Shown here: positions 27,656 through 43,112 of the stretch, in pieces
Position numbering within the stretch: position 1 is the first letter of the stretch
How the letters are laid out: each line of letters starts with the position of its first letter
Origin: the human T2T-CHM13v2.0 reference genome, Homo sapiens
DNA: 64,000 nt
Assembly: GCF_009914755.1 (NCBI RefSeq)
Contig: NC_060932.1
Direction: 5' to 3' (one strand)
Made by a program: the position numbers and the translations under genes
Notes under the pieces: model-generated
Database searches by the model: none
Seen by the model: only the letters and a program-made list of their open reading frames with translations
Told to the model about the DNA's origin: nothing

Positions 27656-28999
27656 TTAGTAATTAGATAAATTAATTGGCATATGACACACTAGTTTATA
27701 TCTTTTGGATTTTTGTGAGAGGAGAGCCTATCCTTCCTCATATCCCTGTAACACGGATGTTGTAAACTTAATTACCACCTAATGAGTCAGCTATGACACA
27801 TGATTTTGAATCAGTTCTGACCCTTATTCATTGTGCTTAAGGCAGTTCTATTCTGAGAAATACCAATTTACTATCAATATTTTCTTTTTACTTTTCGTCA
27901 TTTTAACTTAGAAATTTATTTCTCAGAGACTATATTCTGCAAGTTCCCCTGGGTGATCACACAGCTGAATCTCTGATGTTTTCCTCATGGCCTTTCCCTG
28001 ATTGCTTTTCACATTTAGAAATTAGTCTATGTCCCATAGATTACTCTCTTTGGTCTTCATTTGAATTTTTACTTCATTTGAATTCTGGACAAGGGTATGT
28101 ATCTACTTCCTATTTTTTCTGTTGTTGTTTTGGGTTAAAGCTCTTTTTTGAGTACATTTGTGAATATCAAATCCAAGTCCCTTCTACTTTTAGATAACTT
28201 GCCTAATTGCTTGACTCATCTTTGCCTTCAATCAAGCTGAGCACTTTCCTAGACTTCACAGAGTGACAGTATGAGAATATTTATTATGATAAAGAATCTA
28301 CCTTAATTCCAGATATACATTTTTTGAGTCTTGAAGCCTATAATTAAGACTCAAAAAACTATGTTTTTTTGTTTTTAAAATTCCAAAATCTTTCTATGAA
28401 GTAATTAGTACTTAAAGAAGCTTGAGTGTCCCTGTTGTGAACATTGTTGAAAGTGTAAAATCTGTATCCTCTTAATTGGAATGGGATTTTATCAGTACTT
28501 TTCCACACAATTGCATACCCTTTTTTTTTAAATGAGAACAACAGTGCTATGACTTATGTTTATGGAGAATACTTTTAGCTTCTCATTATATTAGTTGCAA
28601 AGTGTAAAAAAACCTTAGAAAATAAACTTTATCAAATACAAATTGTTTATATACCATTGAGCAGTATTTTTCTAAATAGACTGCTTCTAAAATTAAAAAA
28701 ATATATTATTAATGATGACTATATAGGATTTTTTATAGTATGGAAGTCCAGATTACTAGTCTTAGAAATGAGCAATTTATAAACTAAGACATAATCAAGC
28801 AATCAATGTAATCAAGTTCTTCGATATTAAATATTCAATGTATATCTTTTTCAATCATCTATTCTAAAAGGTAATTTTTAAGTTTCTAGTTTAGGAAGCC
28901 ACTGTGCTAGGTGCTGTGGGGAATCAAAAGATGAACAGAAGCTTTCTTTTCCTTCTATAAGTTTAAAGTCTAGTAAACAAATAAGGCCACATTAAAAAA

Positions 29000-32330
<3,331 letters not shown>

Positions 32331-32499
32331 ATTCCTCAGAGCCAGCAAGAACAAGAACAATATGCCATCTGAAGTAGTTAGCTTTTCTAAGAAAGTGGAC
32401 CAGGCCTATCTCATAAGAAATATGTAATATTAATGATCATTAATATAGGGGGAAGGTCTTTTATAAGTTTCTACAAAATCTTATTTCTTATTTCTTTTT

Positions 32500-34420
32500 T
32501 CTTTTAGTCCCTAGTTCTTATATTTTGTTTCTACTATCGCTAGCTGTTGCCCATAAAGCAGACCTCTTCTTACCATAGGCTCAGGACTATGCCAATGGAT
32601 TACAGAAAAACAGCTGTGAGATATGCAGCTTCATGTCCCTTCCCTAAGGTTCTGGAATACCATGGTGGGTATCTCCACTCCAAGGACATGATTGGATAGA
32701 ATATCAGAAATATCTCTAAGCTTCTCACAAACAGTCATTGGTGCTTGACACTAGTATGACTAAGGACAATGTGCATCTGCCAGGTCCTGGGGACTAGGTC
32801 CAGCTCATGCTGTAGTCCGAGGAGAGTGGATAGGTGAGCAGAAAGAACACTCGGGGGGCCGTAGGCAGGTGAAAGATGATTTTATTCAGCAGCAGCCCTC
32901 ATCAGCAGCTTTCTCACACTGTCTACCTTTATCTTGGCTGTCTGCTCAGGCTCTGCCGCTCCTCCCACCCTCACACCTGCAGCTGCATGGCCGGCCGGCT
33001 CTCCCCTGCCTTCAGGGTCAGCAGCTTAACTCTTTCTCTCTCTGTGTACAAGCAAGCCTAGCTGTGTCCTGGACCCCTCCTGTTCGTCTGCAAGAGAGAC
33101 AGCTTTCGCTCTCTCACTCTCTTTCTCTGGGCACCAGCACAATGACCATGTCAAGCCACGTTGAGCCAAGCCAAGACCCAAGAGATGCCCCCCCACCCCC
33201 AGTACAGTGTTAGCAGGGCAATTATACATTTTACAGAAAATAGTGTCTCAGAGCCAAGTATGAACTTACAAAAACAGGTTATATAACAACTGTAAGTGTG
33301 CACCTGCACACCAAACTCCCTGAGTCACACAGGCCTGGATATCCGCCTCAGCCTATTCCTTGACCAAAGCACATCCAGGTATGTTACAGCATCACTTTTC
33401 TATTAATAAGACTTTACGAAGTCAAAGGGCATGGGAAGAGTTTTTTGGTGAAAGAAACTGGTTTATTAGCTTTCACACAGATTTTACCCCAATTGAGATG
33501 ACAACTCAATTTTGGGATAGTATTAACACAAATCTGGCATGATTTTATCTGGCATACCCCATCTTTTGGTCAGTTTTGTCATCTTTCCCCTTTATGTTGG
33601 GAACAAAACTATTGCACCAAAGATACATAGCCCAATAGCACCAATGAGATAGATATTCAGAGAACGGTGTATCCACACCATTATAGTACAAAGTGCTGAT
33701 TGACAGGCCACTGAATGGGCACAGCAAACTAGTATTAAATGGCCAGCTCCAAATGAAATCTCTTGGTTGTGTGGCATCAATCTATGAGCACAATTACACC
33801 CAACATGGTTAAGATGGTGGTTTTTAGGTTATGCCTGGGTACAAGGATGAATAGTTCACATCCTTTCAAAGCCCACACAACTTCCTCATTTACAATCTTA
33901 CTGGGTTCGTTTGTATATCACTGGTAGGATCATTTACTTTCCATCTTTTTGCTACAATAGGGTATTGAGGATGTCATTTGGCATGTAGAGGCCCTTATAC
34001 ACAAAAGAACATAAATGATAGTGCATGAATATCTTGTTATAAAAGAATGAAGTTACTTTTATGAGAAAGGCTATATTACAAAACTGTGGGGCTTTAGACA
34101 TACTCGCTGCAGCCCAAGGAGGAACCTGCATTATTACAAACACTGTGTTGTGTCTATGTCCCAAATGAATCGGATAGCATTATAAATTAATGACTAATAT
34201 GAAACCGAAAAAACTGTCCTTTCAGATCCAACACCCTCTCTAAATGCTTGGCTAAGCAACTGTTTTGAATATTGGGGAGCTTGGTGGCAAAAGCTGTTAC
34301 TTATTCTAGAAATTATAATCATTTATGTTTTGTTCTGTTTTTGTTTTCACTGGTGTTACAGCACTTGTTTGCAATTGAGCCAACATAGAACTGAAAAAAA
34401 TTAAAATAATGATCACTTTA
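32500..34420 (+). pseudogene. ERV env relic of envR(b)/PABL type, disrupted
   Basis: AQDYANGLQKNSCEIC; PWWVSPLQGHDW at 32660-32695; SINKTL; QIWHDFIW..PLCWEQ; ISD LQNCGALDILAAAQGGTC at 34076-34129, then a frameshifted CCVYVPN and WWQKLL. These parallel the envR(b)/ERVPABLB-1 protein as I recall it. Confidence 0.85.
32778..33388 (-). mobile_element. LTR18B-like (HERVL18, ERVL) solo LTR nested in env
   Basis: TG..CA ends; minus strand begins tgtaacatacctggatgtgctttggtcaaggaataggctgaggcggatatccaggcc; perfect 5-bp TSD GCATC at 32773-32777 and 33389-33393. Confidence 0.88.
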
Positions 34421-34699
34421 AATATTGCATTAACTGAAATCCAGTTATGTATCTTAACTCAGATCACAAAGTCACTCCCCTCATGTTGCTTTAAATTTGG
34501 TCTATACCTCATCAGCTTTGTAGCCTGACAAATTCTTCCTGTTGTGGGATATGACATTTTAGAAATGAGGCTTCCTAGTGTCCTGTGGATATGAGACTCT
34601 GAGTGGATATGAGACTATGCTTCTATATATTAAAGGAGCCAAACCATTTGAATTGATCTACAATGCTTTCTTTGAAAGATCTTGATGAAATGTAGAAAA

Positions 34700-35164
34700 T
34701 GTAAAATTAAATAATTCAAACTTAAAATAATTTAAACTTAATGCTCTTGAAACTTTAAATTATCCTGAGCCTTGAAGGAATGTGACTATACAACCCATGT
34801 CATGTGGCATGCGACTGAAACTTCATTTTTTGTTTCCTGCAAATAATTAAAACCAAAGGGCATCAGAGGTAAGACTTTTTCGAATTACTGCTCTCCTCCC
34901 AGAGTAATAAAGTAATCTTTGAAATGCAGCAATCTGAAACCAGCCAAATTGCTATGGCATATGACCTGTCCAGTGTAAAAACATAACCCTGCTGGAACTT
35001 TTCATCTTTGTCTACATAAGTAAAACCTTAATTTCTCCACTTTGCAAATGCTGACCTCATTTGATTGGAGACAGTACTTTCCCAGGTGGCCATCTTCACA
35101 ATTTCTGCTTGAGTAAACTCTATACTTAATCATATTGTTGAAATATCATTATTTAAGGTTGATA
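34700..35164 (+). mobile_element. 3' LTR of the provirus (LTR24/MER87-like, ERV1)
   Basis: Follows a decayed PPT (gaaagatcttgatgaaatgtagaaaa); tgtaaaattaaataattcaaactt..gaaactttaaattatcctgagccttg..taaactctatacttaatcatatt..ttatttaaggttgata. Confidence 0.8.
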
Positions 35165-35439
35165 GGCTTTTCCACTTGCTCTGGTTTTAGCATTTAAAAC
35201 ATACTTGCAGAATAATGTGAGTCTTCTACACTATCTACCGAGCTATGGAGTTCCATATTGAGATTTGAGTCCAGGGCCTCAGATAAAAATATAATTTTAT
35301 CCCTTGCTTTTCTCACCTATAATCCTACATCAAGAATTTCATAAAGTTTGATGACATGGGAGGCATTATTCTAGTATGTTAGTCTTAATATAAAATACAA
35401 CCAGGCAAGATCATCCTCATATAACTTTTTTAACACTAC

Positions 35440-36350
35440 TTTTATTTTTTATTGAGGTAAAATTTGCATAACATAAAATTAGTTATTTTAAAGTGAACAT
35501 TGAAGAGGCCTTTAGTACATTCACAATGTTGTACCACTGTTAGCAGCAGTGAATGTGTACATGTCTGTGGCAACTCAGTTCTTGTCTCCTCAGAGGAAAG
35601 AATTTGACTAAGGGGCATAAGGCAAGGGTAGAGACTGAGGCAAGTTTTAGAGCAGGATTGAAAGTTAATTAAAAAGTTTTAGAGCAGGAATAAAAGGAAA
35701 TAAAGTACACTTGAAGAGGGCCAAGCGGGCAACTTGAGAAATCCAAGTGTGCCGTTCAGCCTTGATTTGGAGTTTTAGACGTTGGCATGGTTCCATTGTT
35801 TGTGTCTCCTTTCCTCTGATTCTTCCCCTGAAGTGGGCTCTCCACATGCACAGTGGCCTGCCAGCACTTGGGAAGGGCCGCATGCGCCATGTGTATACTG
35901 AAGTTGTGCACGTGCTCATTTGAGGCATTTTTTTTCCTTACCAGTCGAATGTTCCTAGAAGATCATATACCAGTTAAACTCTGCCTGTTCTGTCTCTTAG
36001 TGAGCATGTGTGGGCCCGCTTGCCCAACCCATGAGATCTTATTGGGAAGCTGCTGATCACCTGCTTCAGGTGTTTTCTATCTATTGGGAGACTGCCTGTT
36101 CCTGGTGCTGGCTGCAACCAATTATTATTTTATTAGAGAGACAATTTAACAACTGCCTGACCATCACCTGATGGTCGTCTGACATCCCTGTCCTGCCCTG
36201 CTCCTGACTTCCTAACTACCTACTCTACCACCACCACCACCACATCTGTCTGGTTCCAAAACATTCACATCACTTGAAAACTAAATCCTGGACCCAGTAA
36301 GTAGTTACTCCTTAACGCTCACTCTCCCCATATTGACACCAGCACTTGTG
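35440..36350 (-). mobile_element. L1MB-like 3' end interrupted by MER50
   Basis: ttattgaggtaaaattt..ttagtacattcacaatgttgtaccac | ccacc..ttccaaaacattcacatcac. Confidence 0.7.
35538..36230 (-). mobile_element. MER50 ERV1 solo LTR
   Basis: TG..CA ends; ctgaccatcacctgatggtcg..cctgccctgctc..ctaactacctactcta; 4-bp TSD CCAC at 35534-35537 and 36231-36234. Confidence 0.9.
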
Positions 36351-36652
36351 TTTCATTTGTTTTTTTATAAATTTACAAAATTAGTAAAAAAAATAAAATT
36401 TCCAGGCCTATTTTTTATTTATATAATTGAGATTATATACACATGTCATAGTACAGTAGCGAAGAATAAATAAAATAGTGTTTATAGGGCACCTACCACA
36501 ACAACTAGTGCATAGTAGACCCTGAGTAAAAGGCATTATTCTCTCATCACAGCCCTTCACATATATGTATTATTGTACATTGAACAGAAGAAGCAATTCC
36601 CTGCAGTACACTGATTTGTAACTCTTTTGCTTAAAAACATCTCACTGTTATA

Positions 36653-37180
36653 TGTTACCAGAATTGTGTCTGGATCCAGACCCCAAGAAAGGGTTCTTGA
36701 ATCCTATACAAGAATGAATTCAGGCGAGCCCATAGAGTAAAGTGAAAGCAGGTTTATTAAGAAAATAAAGGAATAAAAGAACGGCCACTCCATAGGCAGA
36801 GCAGCCCCGATGGCTGCTGGTTGCCTACTTTTGTGGTTATTTCTTGATATGCTAAACAAAAAGTGGATTATTTATGCCTCTCCTTTTTAGACCATTAGAG
36901 TAACTTCCTGACATTGCTGTGGCGTTTGTAAACTGTCCTGGTGATGGTGGGAGTGTAGTAGTGAGGACAACCAGAGGTCACTGTCATTACCATCTTGGTT
37001 TTGGTGGGTTTCGGCCAGCTTCTTTACTGAGACCTGTTTTATCAGCAAGGTCTTTATGATCTGTGTCTTGTGCCAACCTCCTCTCTCATCCTGTGACTAA
37101 GAATGCCTTAACCTTGGAATGCAGCCCATTACCAAGTCCCTGTTTAAGATGGAGTTGCTCTGGTTCAAACGTCTGTGACA
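36653..37180 (-). mobile_element. MER41A-like ERV1 solo LTR
   Basis: gatccagaccccaag..gggttcttg; aagatggagttgctctggttcaaacg..tgaca; TSD tata/ttta. Confidence 0.9.
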
Positions 37181-37766
37181 TTTATGTAAAGTTTTTGGTT
37201 TAGTATGTAATTTATCCTTCAAACCTCCTTGAAGTATGAAAAGGAGGAAGAAGGACAAAGAGGAAGGGAATGGGAAAGAGGGAGAGGGTGGAAAGCAGAG
37301 AAGATAATTTAATTTTTCTAACATTCACAGAAAAGTTCAGAACGCAGAGTAAGTGAATATGCGGCACAAGAGCCAGGTGGCAACCTGATTTCCCTGACTT
37401 TCAGTTCATCCTTCTTTCCACTTGGCTACACTGCTTTAAATGAGTTCTAGACAAAGAGATCTCTAAAATATGAAAGAATGCTAAAAAGGTGATCCATTGT
37501 TGGGGGGCGGTAGTGACAGGAGTAAAATTTCCTAAAGGACAGCCTCTCAGTCATTAGAAAGTCACATTCTAAAGTCATTCCTGCACAGCAGGGAGGTTCT
37601 TCAGGCCTTCCATTTACTTAGAAATGAAAGCTTGAAAATCAGAATGAGTAGAGAAAAGCTGAAAAGTTTGAATGCATTGTGAACACTAAGGCCATGAAAA
37701 CCAAGCTTCTAAGAAGGGAGATTATTGAAAAAATGCCAGGGAACCAAATCATACTAAAGTAAAAAC

Positions 37767-37770
<4 letters not shown>

Positions 37771-37811
<41 letters not shown>

Positions 37812-37813
37812 AA
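37771..37813. repeat. (TAAA)n
   Basis: About 10 units, no adjacent Alu. Confidence 0.95.
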
Positions 37814-37952
37814 CCCTGTAACTGCGACTAAAAATCAATTTGAAATATAAAAATTGTATGTGTTTGTGTGCATGTGAGAGCTGTCATGAGGGAGAGCACT
37901 GTATTTACATCCTCATGGAAAGAACAAACCAAGAAAAAGCTACTTTTATCTC

Positions 37953-38005
<53 letters not shown>

Positions 38006-38028
38006 TCTCTGTCTCTCTCTCTCTCTCT
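37953..38028. repeat. (CT)n/(CTCTGT)n compound microsatellite
   Basis: Pyrimidine dinucleotide tract interrupted by GT. Confidence 0.95.
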
Positions 38029-38069
38029 AACTTTGACAATTTTAGCTAGTCAATAATACATATTAGTAA

Positions 38070-38480
38070 TGTCCACCTGAAAGAAAGAACTAAGGCAAAT
38101 GCCTTCAGGTAAAGAGTACACTTGGGCCAAATCTATGCATTGTAACCCTGAAAACACACTTCCAAACCAAGTACGGCAGGTGCTCCTAGTTGGGGTGGTT
38201 ACAGAAGATTTTTAAGGACAAAATGAAGAGACATAAAAAGACAGTCTCAGCCTCTTCAAATAGAAATACCATTGGTTAACAGAAACTAGCTAAGGGATGG
38301 TTGGCTAAAGGCTACAGTGCTTCTTGAAATAGTCATTATCAGTTTGTGGTTAACTTAGTTCCTGTAACTCTTTACTTAAGCAGGAGGGGTCCAGGAATTT
38401 CAAAGGAGTAACTGTGGCCTCATGTCCACTGCCTTTTGGCCCCTGTAATTTAGTCAGTCTCTGATTTTATCCTAAGAGTA
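38070..38480 (-). mobile_element. Diverged ERV1 LTR (MER57/MER93-like)
   Basis: tgtccacctgaaagaaagaactaaggcaaat..aaagagt..ttgggccaa resembles the reverse-complemented U5 of MER57-group LTRs. Confidence 0.5.
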
Positions 38481-39311
38481 AAGGAAAGCACAGATATACT
38501 TCTCTAAAGTGATTTATATATCTTCTTGAAAAGACAAAAGTAAGTATAAACTGCAAACTAAATTATGAATATGAATGTTTAAAAATAACTAGTATGGTAA
38601 TGATATTTCAATCAATCAAAATTAATGTACATGTATTTACTACCTTGAATCCTTTTGATAATGAGATGGTGATATATATAAATGTATTTTTAAAGAGTTA
38701 TTCTACTACTTTATGAGTTGTATTAATCCCAGATATCATCTAAAATGTGATTTTTTTTCAAAAATAATGATTTTTGATATATAAATAATACCATATCAGG
38801 GCAATAAATGCATCAGTATATATTTGCCAAATAAGACTTAAGTTTTGAAGTTTAAAGCAAAACTCTCTGGAAACTTTATTATACCAACTTACTATTCTTT
38901 CATTTTTATTCAGGAAAATAATTTTTCATTACTCATGGTCACCCAAATGTATCAACTTTCCTTCCAAAGCTTTATTACACTACTGAAATACCCAAACTCT
39001 ATTTAATATGTCAAAAAAATAATTAAGCCTTCATTAGCAAGAGAAAGGTGGTGATTTTCTTTATTGTGTCAATTTTATTGTGAAATAAGACTAGAAAAAT
39101 TAATGTCATATTATCAATGGTTACATAAAAAAAGATCCTGTTTCTGACAGTCAGGCTAGACTCCCCAACTGTCTCATTTTATACTTATCTCAGTATGAAT
39201 TAGTGCCCTGGACATAAAGGAAGGGCACTGGTTCAGCTATTAAGAGATGATCACATTGTCACACTGAATAATAACATGAACAGTAAGTACTTAGAGTCTT
39301 CAGGATGAAAG

Positions 39312-40109
39312 TGAGGACTAAGCTCTGATTTTTCCTGATGTTGCCCAGATTCCTATGTAAGGGTCGGGGAGTCAGGCCCTAGGAACCATAAATTCTCCTC
39401 AGATGGGATTTATTTAACCCTTTTTATCATGACTTTCTTTTCGATCTGACTCTGGCATAACATTACGTAACAAAGGAAAAAATCAAAATATTTTACCCCA
39501 AAACATGTTTCTTTGCCATATTTTGAAATGGCCCTGTAATGCCATCCTTTGTGAGGTGGTAAGGGGAGGATGGGAATTTATATCTGTAATGAATTTATAC
39601 CAACATAGCTAGATCTTTTTCTTCCAGGCCTCTCCTAATCCTGAAGAGATTAACTGAGAGTCCAGCACCTTTTAAAGGTCTGAATAGGAAACATTTGTCA
39701 TCTATTGTCCCTAAGGGCAGTCACTATAAGAATTCAAAAGAACCTTGAACTCCACAACCTTTTATTTTAACCTGAACATTTCCTTTCTGTTCATCCCAGG
39801 TCTTTTAGATAAGCCAACCAATTGTCAACCAGAAAATTTTTAAATTTACCTATAGCATGGAAGCCCCTCTCAACAGTTCAAGTTGTCCCACCTTTCTGAA
39901 CCAAGCCAATATACATCTTAAATGTATTTGATTGATTGATTGATGTCTCATATCTCCCAAAAATGTGTAAAATCAGGCTGTGCCCTAAACATCTTGGGCT
40001 CATATTCTCAGGATCTCCCGAGGGCTGTGTCATGGGTCATGGTCACTAATATTTGGCTCAGAATAAATCTCTTCAAATATTGCACAGTGTTTTACTCTTT
40101 TTGTCAGTA
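39312..40109 (+). mobile_element. MER4E/MER4E1 ERV1 solo LTR
   Basis: tgaggactaagctctgatt..aaaatattttaccccaaaacatg..ggctcagaataaatctcttcaaatatt; TSD aaag/gaag. Confidence 0.88.
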
Positions 40110-40204
40110 GAAGTCTTATTTATCATCTTCTTTGTCTGAATGTATAACATATGCAGTCAAGTATATCTTCCATGCAATATACTAGGTGTGCGATATTGGC
40201 TAAC

Positions 40205-40483
40205 TTAGAAATCTTGCTCTGTCACACCAACTGGAGTTGCAGTCACTGCAGCCTAGAACTTCTGGGCTCAATGGGTTCTCCTGTCTCAGCCTCCTGAGTA
40301 GCTGGGAGTACAGGCCCATGCCACCATGCCCATCTATTTTTTTTTTTTTTTTTAATTTTTTGTAGAGATGGAGGCATCTTGCTTGCTTGCCCAGGCTGGT
40401 CTCAAATTCCTGGCTTTAAGCAGTCCTACTGCCTCAGCTCCCCTAAGCACTGGGGTTACAGGCATGAGTCACTGTGCCTGACT
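40205..40483 (-). mobile_element. AluJ
   Basis: cactgcagcctagaacttctgggctcaa..ggcatgagtcactgtgcctgac. Confidence 0.88.
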
Positions 40484-40934
40484 AGTATCTTGAAAATGTA
40501 ATCACTTCCCTTTTACTCTAAAATCATGTGATTCTTCATTAACTAAAGATTGATGTCTATTCACTAAGAAAATGATTTTGTTTTATTTTTCCTCAAACTT
40601 TAAGATTATTTGAAATATTTGTGCCATGTAATAGTAGGAGCTCCGAGAAGAGAGGGGGCAAGTGATATCACTGGCTGTGTAGCAAGATCCAGGGGAATCC
40701 TTTAAACAACAAGGGATGTGAAGAATGTGTTGCCATGAGAGGGACAACTTAGAAAGATCTGCACATCGAAGCTCCTAATTATAACCTAACCTAATTATGC
40801 AGTGCTCTTCATCAATATATTTACATTTTTATATTTTCATATTATTTTCAGTCAAGAGCATTTCTTCAATTTTGTCTATAGAAACAGGAAAAAAAATTTT
40901 CAATACTGCATCCTTTTTAAAATAATATGCTCAT

Positions 40935-41231
40935 GGCTGGGCGCAGTGGCTCACGCCTGTAGTCCCACCACTTTGGGAGACTGAGGAGGGGGGATCACGA
41001 GGTCAGGAGTTCGAGACCAGCCTGACCAACATGGTGAAACCCCATCTCTATTAAAAATACAAAAATTAGCTAGACTTGTGGTGGTGCATGCCCGTAATCC
41101 CAGCTACTCAGGAGGCTGAGGCAGGAGAATTGCTTGAACCCAGGAGGTGGAGGTTGCAGTGAGCCAAGATTGTGTCATTGCACTCCAACCTTGGCAACAG
41201 AGTGAGACTCTATCTCAAATAAATAAATAAA
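40935..41231 (+). mobile_element. AluSg-like
   Basis: gatcacgaggtcaggagttcgagaccagcctgaccaac; TSD taaaataatatgctca / taaaataatgtactca. Confidence 0.94.
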
Positions 41232-41329
41232 TAAAATAATGTACTCAATTAATACTTGTTTGCTGTTAAAAGCATTTGTTGAAAGAAGTTCCTTTAGAGA
41301 GGTGTAAGGATTTTCTTCAAGGTCAATGA

Positions 41330-41886
41330 CACCAACCTAAAATAATCAAAAGGGTCAGAATCTAGTTTAAAGATAACTTATTCAACACAAAGTTTGAGGA
41401 AAACTGCCTGGAAAATACATATTCCAAAGAATGGAGGTTAGTGTTCCAAAGTATAGAAGTTTGGGAAAGTTTGTATAGACAAATTTTAGGGAAGCTTAAC
41501 AGAATTTCAACATCTATCCACATAAAGTTTAATGAATAGTTACAACAATCTGATTAACTCAGATGGTATTTTTCTTTTGGGAAAGGTGTATTTAATATTC
41601 CCCACTGAAGATACAACAGTCATGAGATCTTTTGTGCCATCTGGTTTGAGCTAGGTGCAGAACAACAAAGGAGACAGTGAATCTGTAACAAAGATCAGAG
41701 ATTGGCAGGGAAGGAGACCTGGTGTCTGGTCTCTCCTAGTCACTTACAGAACAGGAACAATAAAGAAGAGACTTACTCCATAGTCTAAGAAGCAGAAGAT
41801 ATATGCTACATAACTCAATCTCTAGGGCTTAACTTTTCCATTAGCATAATAAATTTAGAGGGTCATAAAATTTTATTTGCTTTTAA
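41330..41886 (-). mobile_element. LTR24B/C-like ERV1 solo LTR
   Basis: caacctaaaataatcaaaagggtcagaatctagtttaaag..ttattcaa..; probable TSD atga/atgg. Confidence 0.65.
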
Positions 41887-41921
41887 ATGGATTTCCTTCC
41901 TTTATATAACCCTTTAAGAAT

Positions 41922-42387
41922 TGTCAGTTTTAAAGAATAGTATTTGAAAAATATGATTAAGTATAAAGTTCATCTGAGTGAAAAATTTGAAGATGAGGAG
42001 AGTCACCTGGGAAACACAGACTCCAAAAACATGGGGTCAGAGTTTTAAAGTGAAGAAGTTAAGGTTTCACTTACATAGGCAGGCACAGAAAAATTTTAGC
42101 AAGATCACATTTTCCATATGAACCAATGCATATATTACAGCAAATTTGATTGGTTACAGATTTCTACATTCCAAGGAAGATTATTTTATTCTTCCATGAG
42201 GAGGGGTAGTAATCTGAGGGCAGTTATCCTTGGTGCTATTTGATCTCCCTAGTTATTTAGGGGAAAAAAAGGCAGAAGTTGAAACTCTATGCCACATTTA
42301 TAGTCAGGCTGAATAGCCACATTGCTCTCAAGGATCAGGATAATTTAAAGTTCCAGCAACTTTAAGTTTGAATTATTTAATTTCACT
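41922..42387 (-). mobile_element. LTR24/MER87-like solo LTR, same family as the provirus 3' LTR but inverted
   Basis: Reverse complement aligns by eye to 34700-35164 (aatatgattaagtataaagtt; aaggtttcactta; ataatttaaagtt..taagtttgaattatttaattt); TSD gaat/ggat. Confidence 0.8.
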
Positions 42388-42789
42388 GGATAAAATGGAG
42401 GTTTTAAATTTTTAAAAAGTTCCTCAGCTTAATTATAGCCTATTTAAAGCTAAATGAAAGTTCACTCTCTGTCCTTTTTTTAAGCATTTATTTCTCAAAT
42501 AAGTCTCTATTTTTAGTATTTTTTTGCTTTTTTCATTTTTGTTTTTGTTTTGCTTGGTAGAATAACAGACTATTATGTAAATTTGAAAAATATTACAAAA
42601 TGAAACAATATACTAACAAACCAGTCAACCAATGGAACAAAAATATTTCTGCTTCTCCCTTTCTGAAACAGATTACATTACAGACAAAGTTGCTGATATA
42701 GTTTTTGCACATGAGATTTGCACATATTCCATGCATGGATTCTTCTGATGCTTGTATATGCGTTGTAACATGGTCATCAAGATCATGAG

Positions 42790-42963
42790 ATCATTTATAA
42801 AACAGAAATCATGCTAGCACCTAACTTGTAAAAGTTATTATATGAGCTAAATGAGACAATCAACATACAGGACTTACAACAAAGGCTAGCATATAGTAAG
42901 TGTTTAACCGATAGTTACTCATATGATCATCATCATCATCATCAATCATCATCATCATCATCG
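42790..42963 (+). mobile_element. MIR 3' part with (CAT)n tail
   Basis: ataaaacagaaat..ctaaatgagacaat..agcatatagtaagtgtttaa followed by (cat)n. Confidence 0.7.
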
Positions 42964-43019
42964 ATAATCAAATAAGTCCAGAAATTCTCTGTTGCCCATT
43001 AACTGAAAACTGAGTTGTC

Positions 43020-43112
43020 TACTAATCACCTGCAGATCTTGTAGATTTTGATTCAATGGATCCTAGGTGGGTCCTGAAAGTCTGCAATTCTATCAAGATC
43101 TAGGTGATGCAG
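43020..43112. mobile_element. MER5A fragment
   Basis: aatcacctg..gatcttg..gattttgattcaatggatcctaggtgggtcctgaaagtctgcaattcta..aggtgatgc. Confidence 0.6.

Noticed and set aside
32869-33229. 114-aa and overlapping ORFs in a GC-richer patch
   Set aside because: They lie wholly inside the LTR18B-like LTR; no protein similarity recognised.
32500-34420. Possible co-opted syncytin-like env
   Set aside because: Multiple stops, frameshifts and a 611-bp LTR insertion leave no long ORF.
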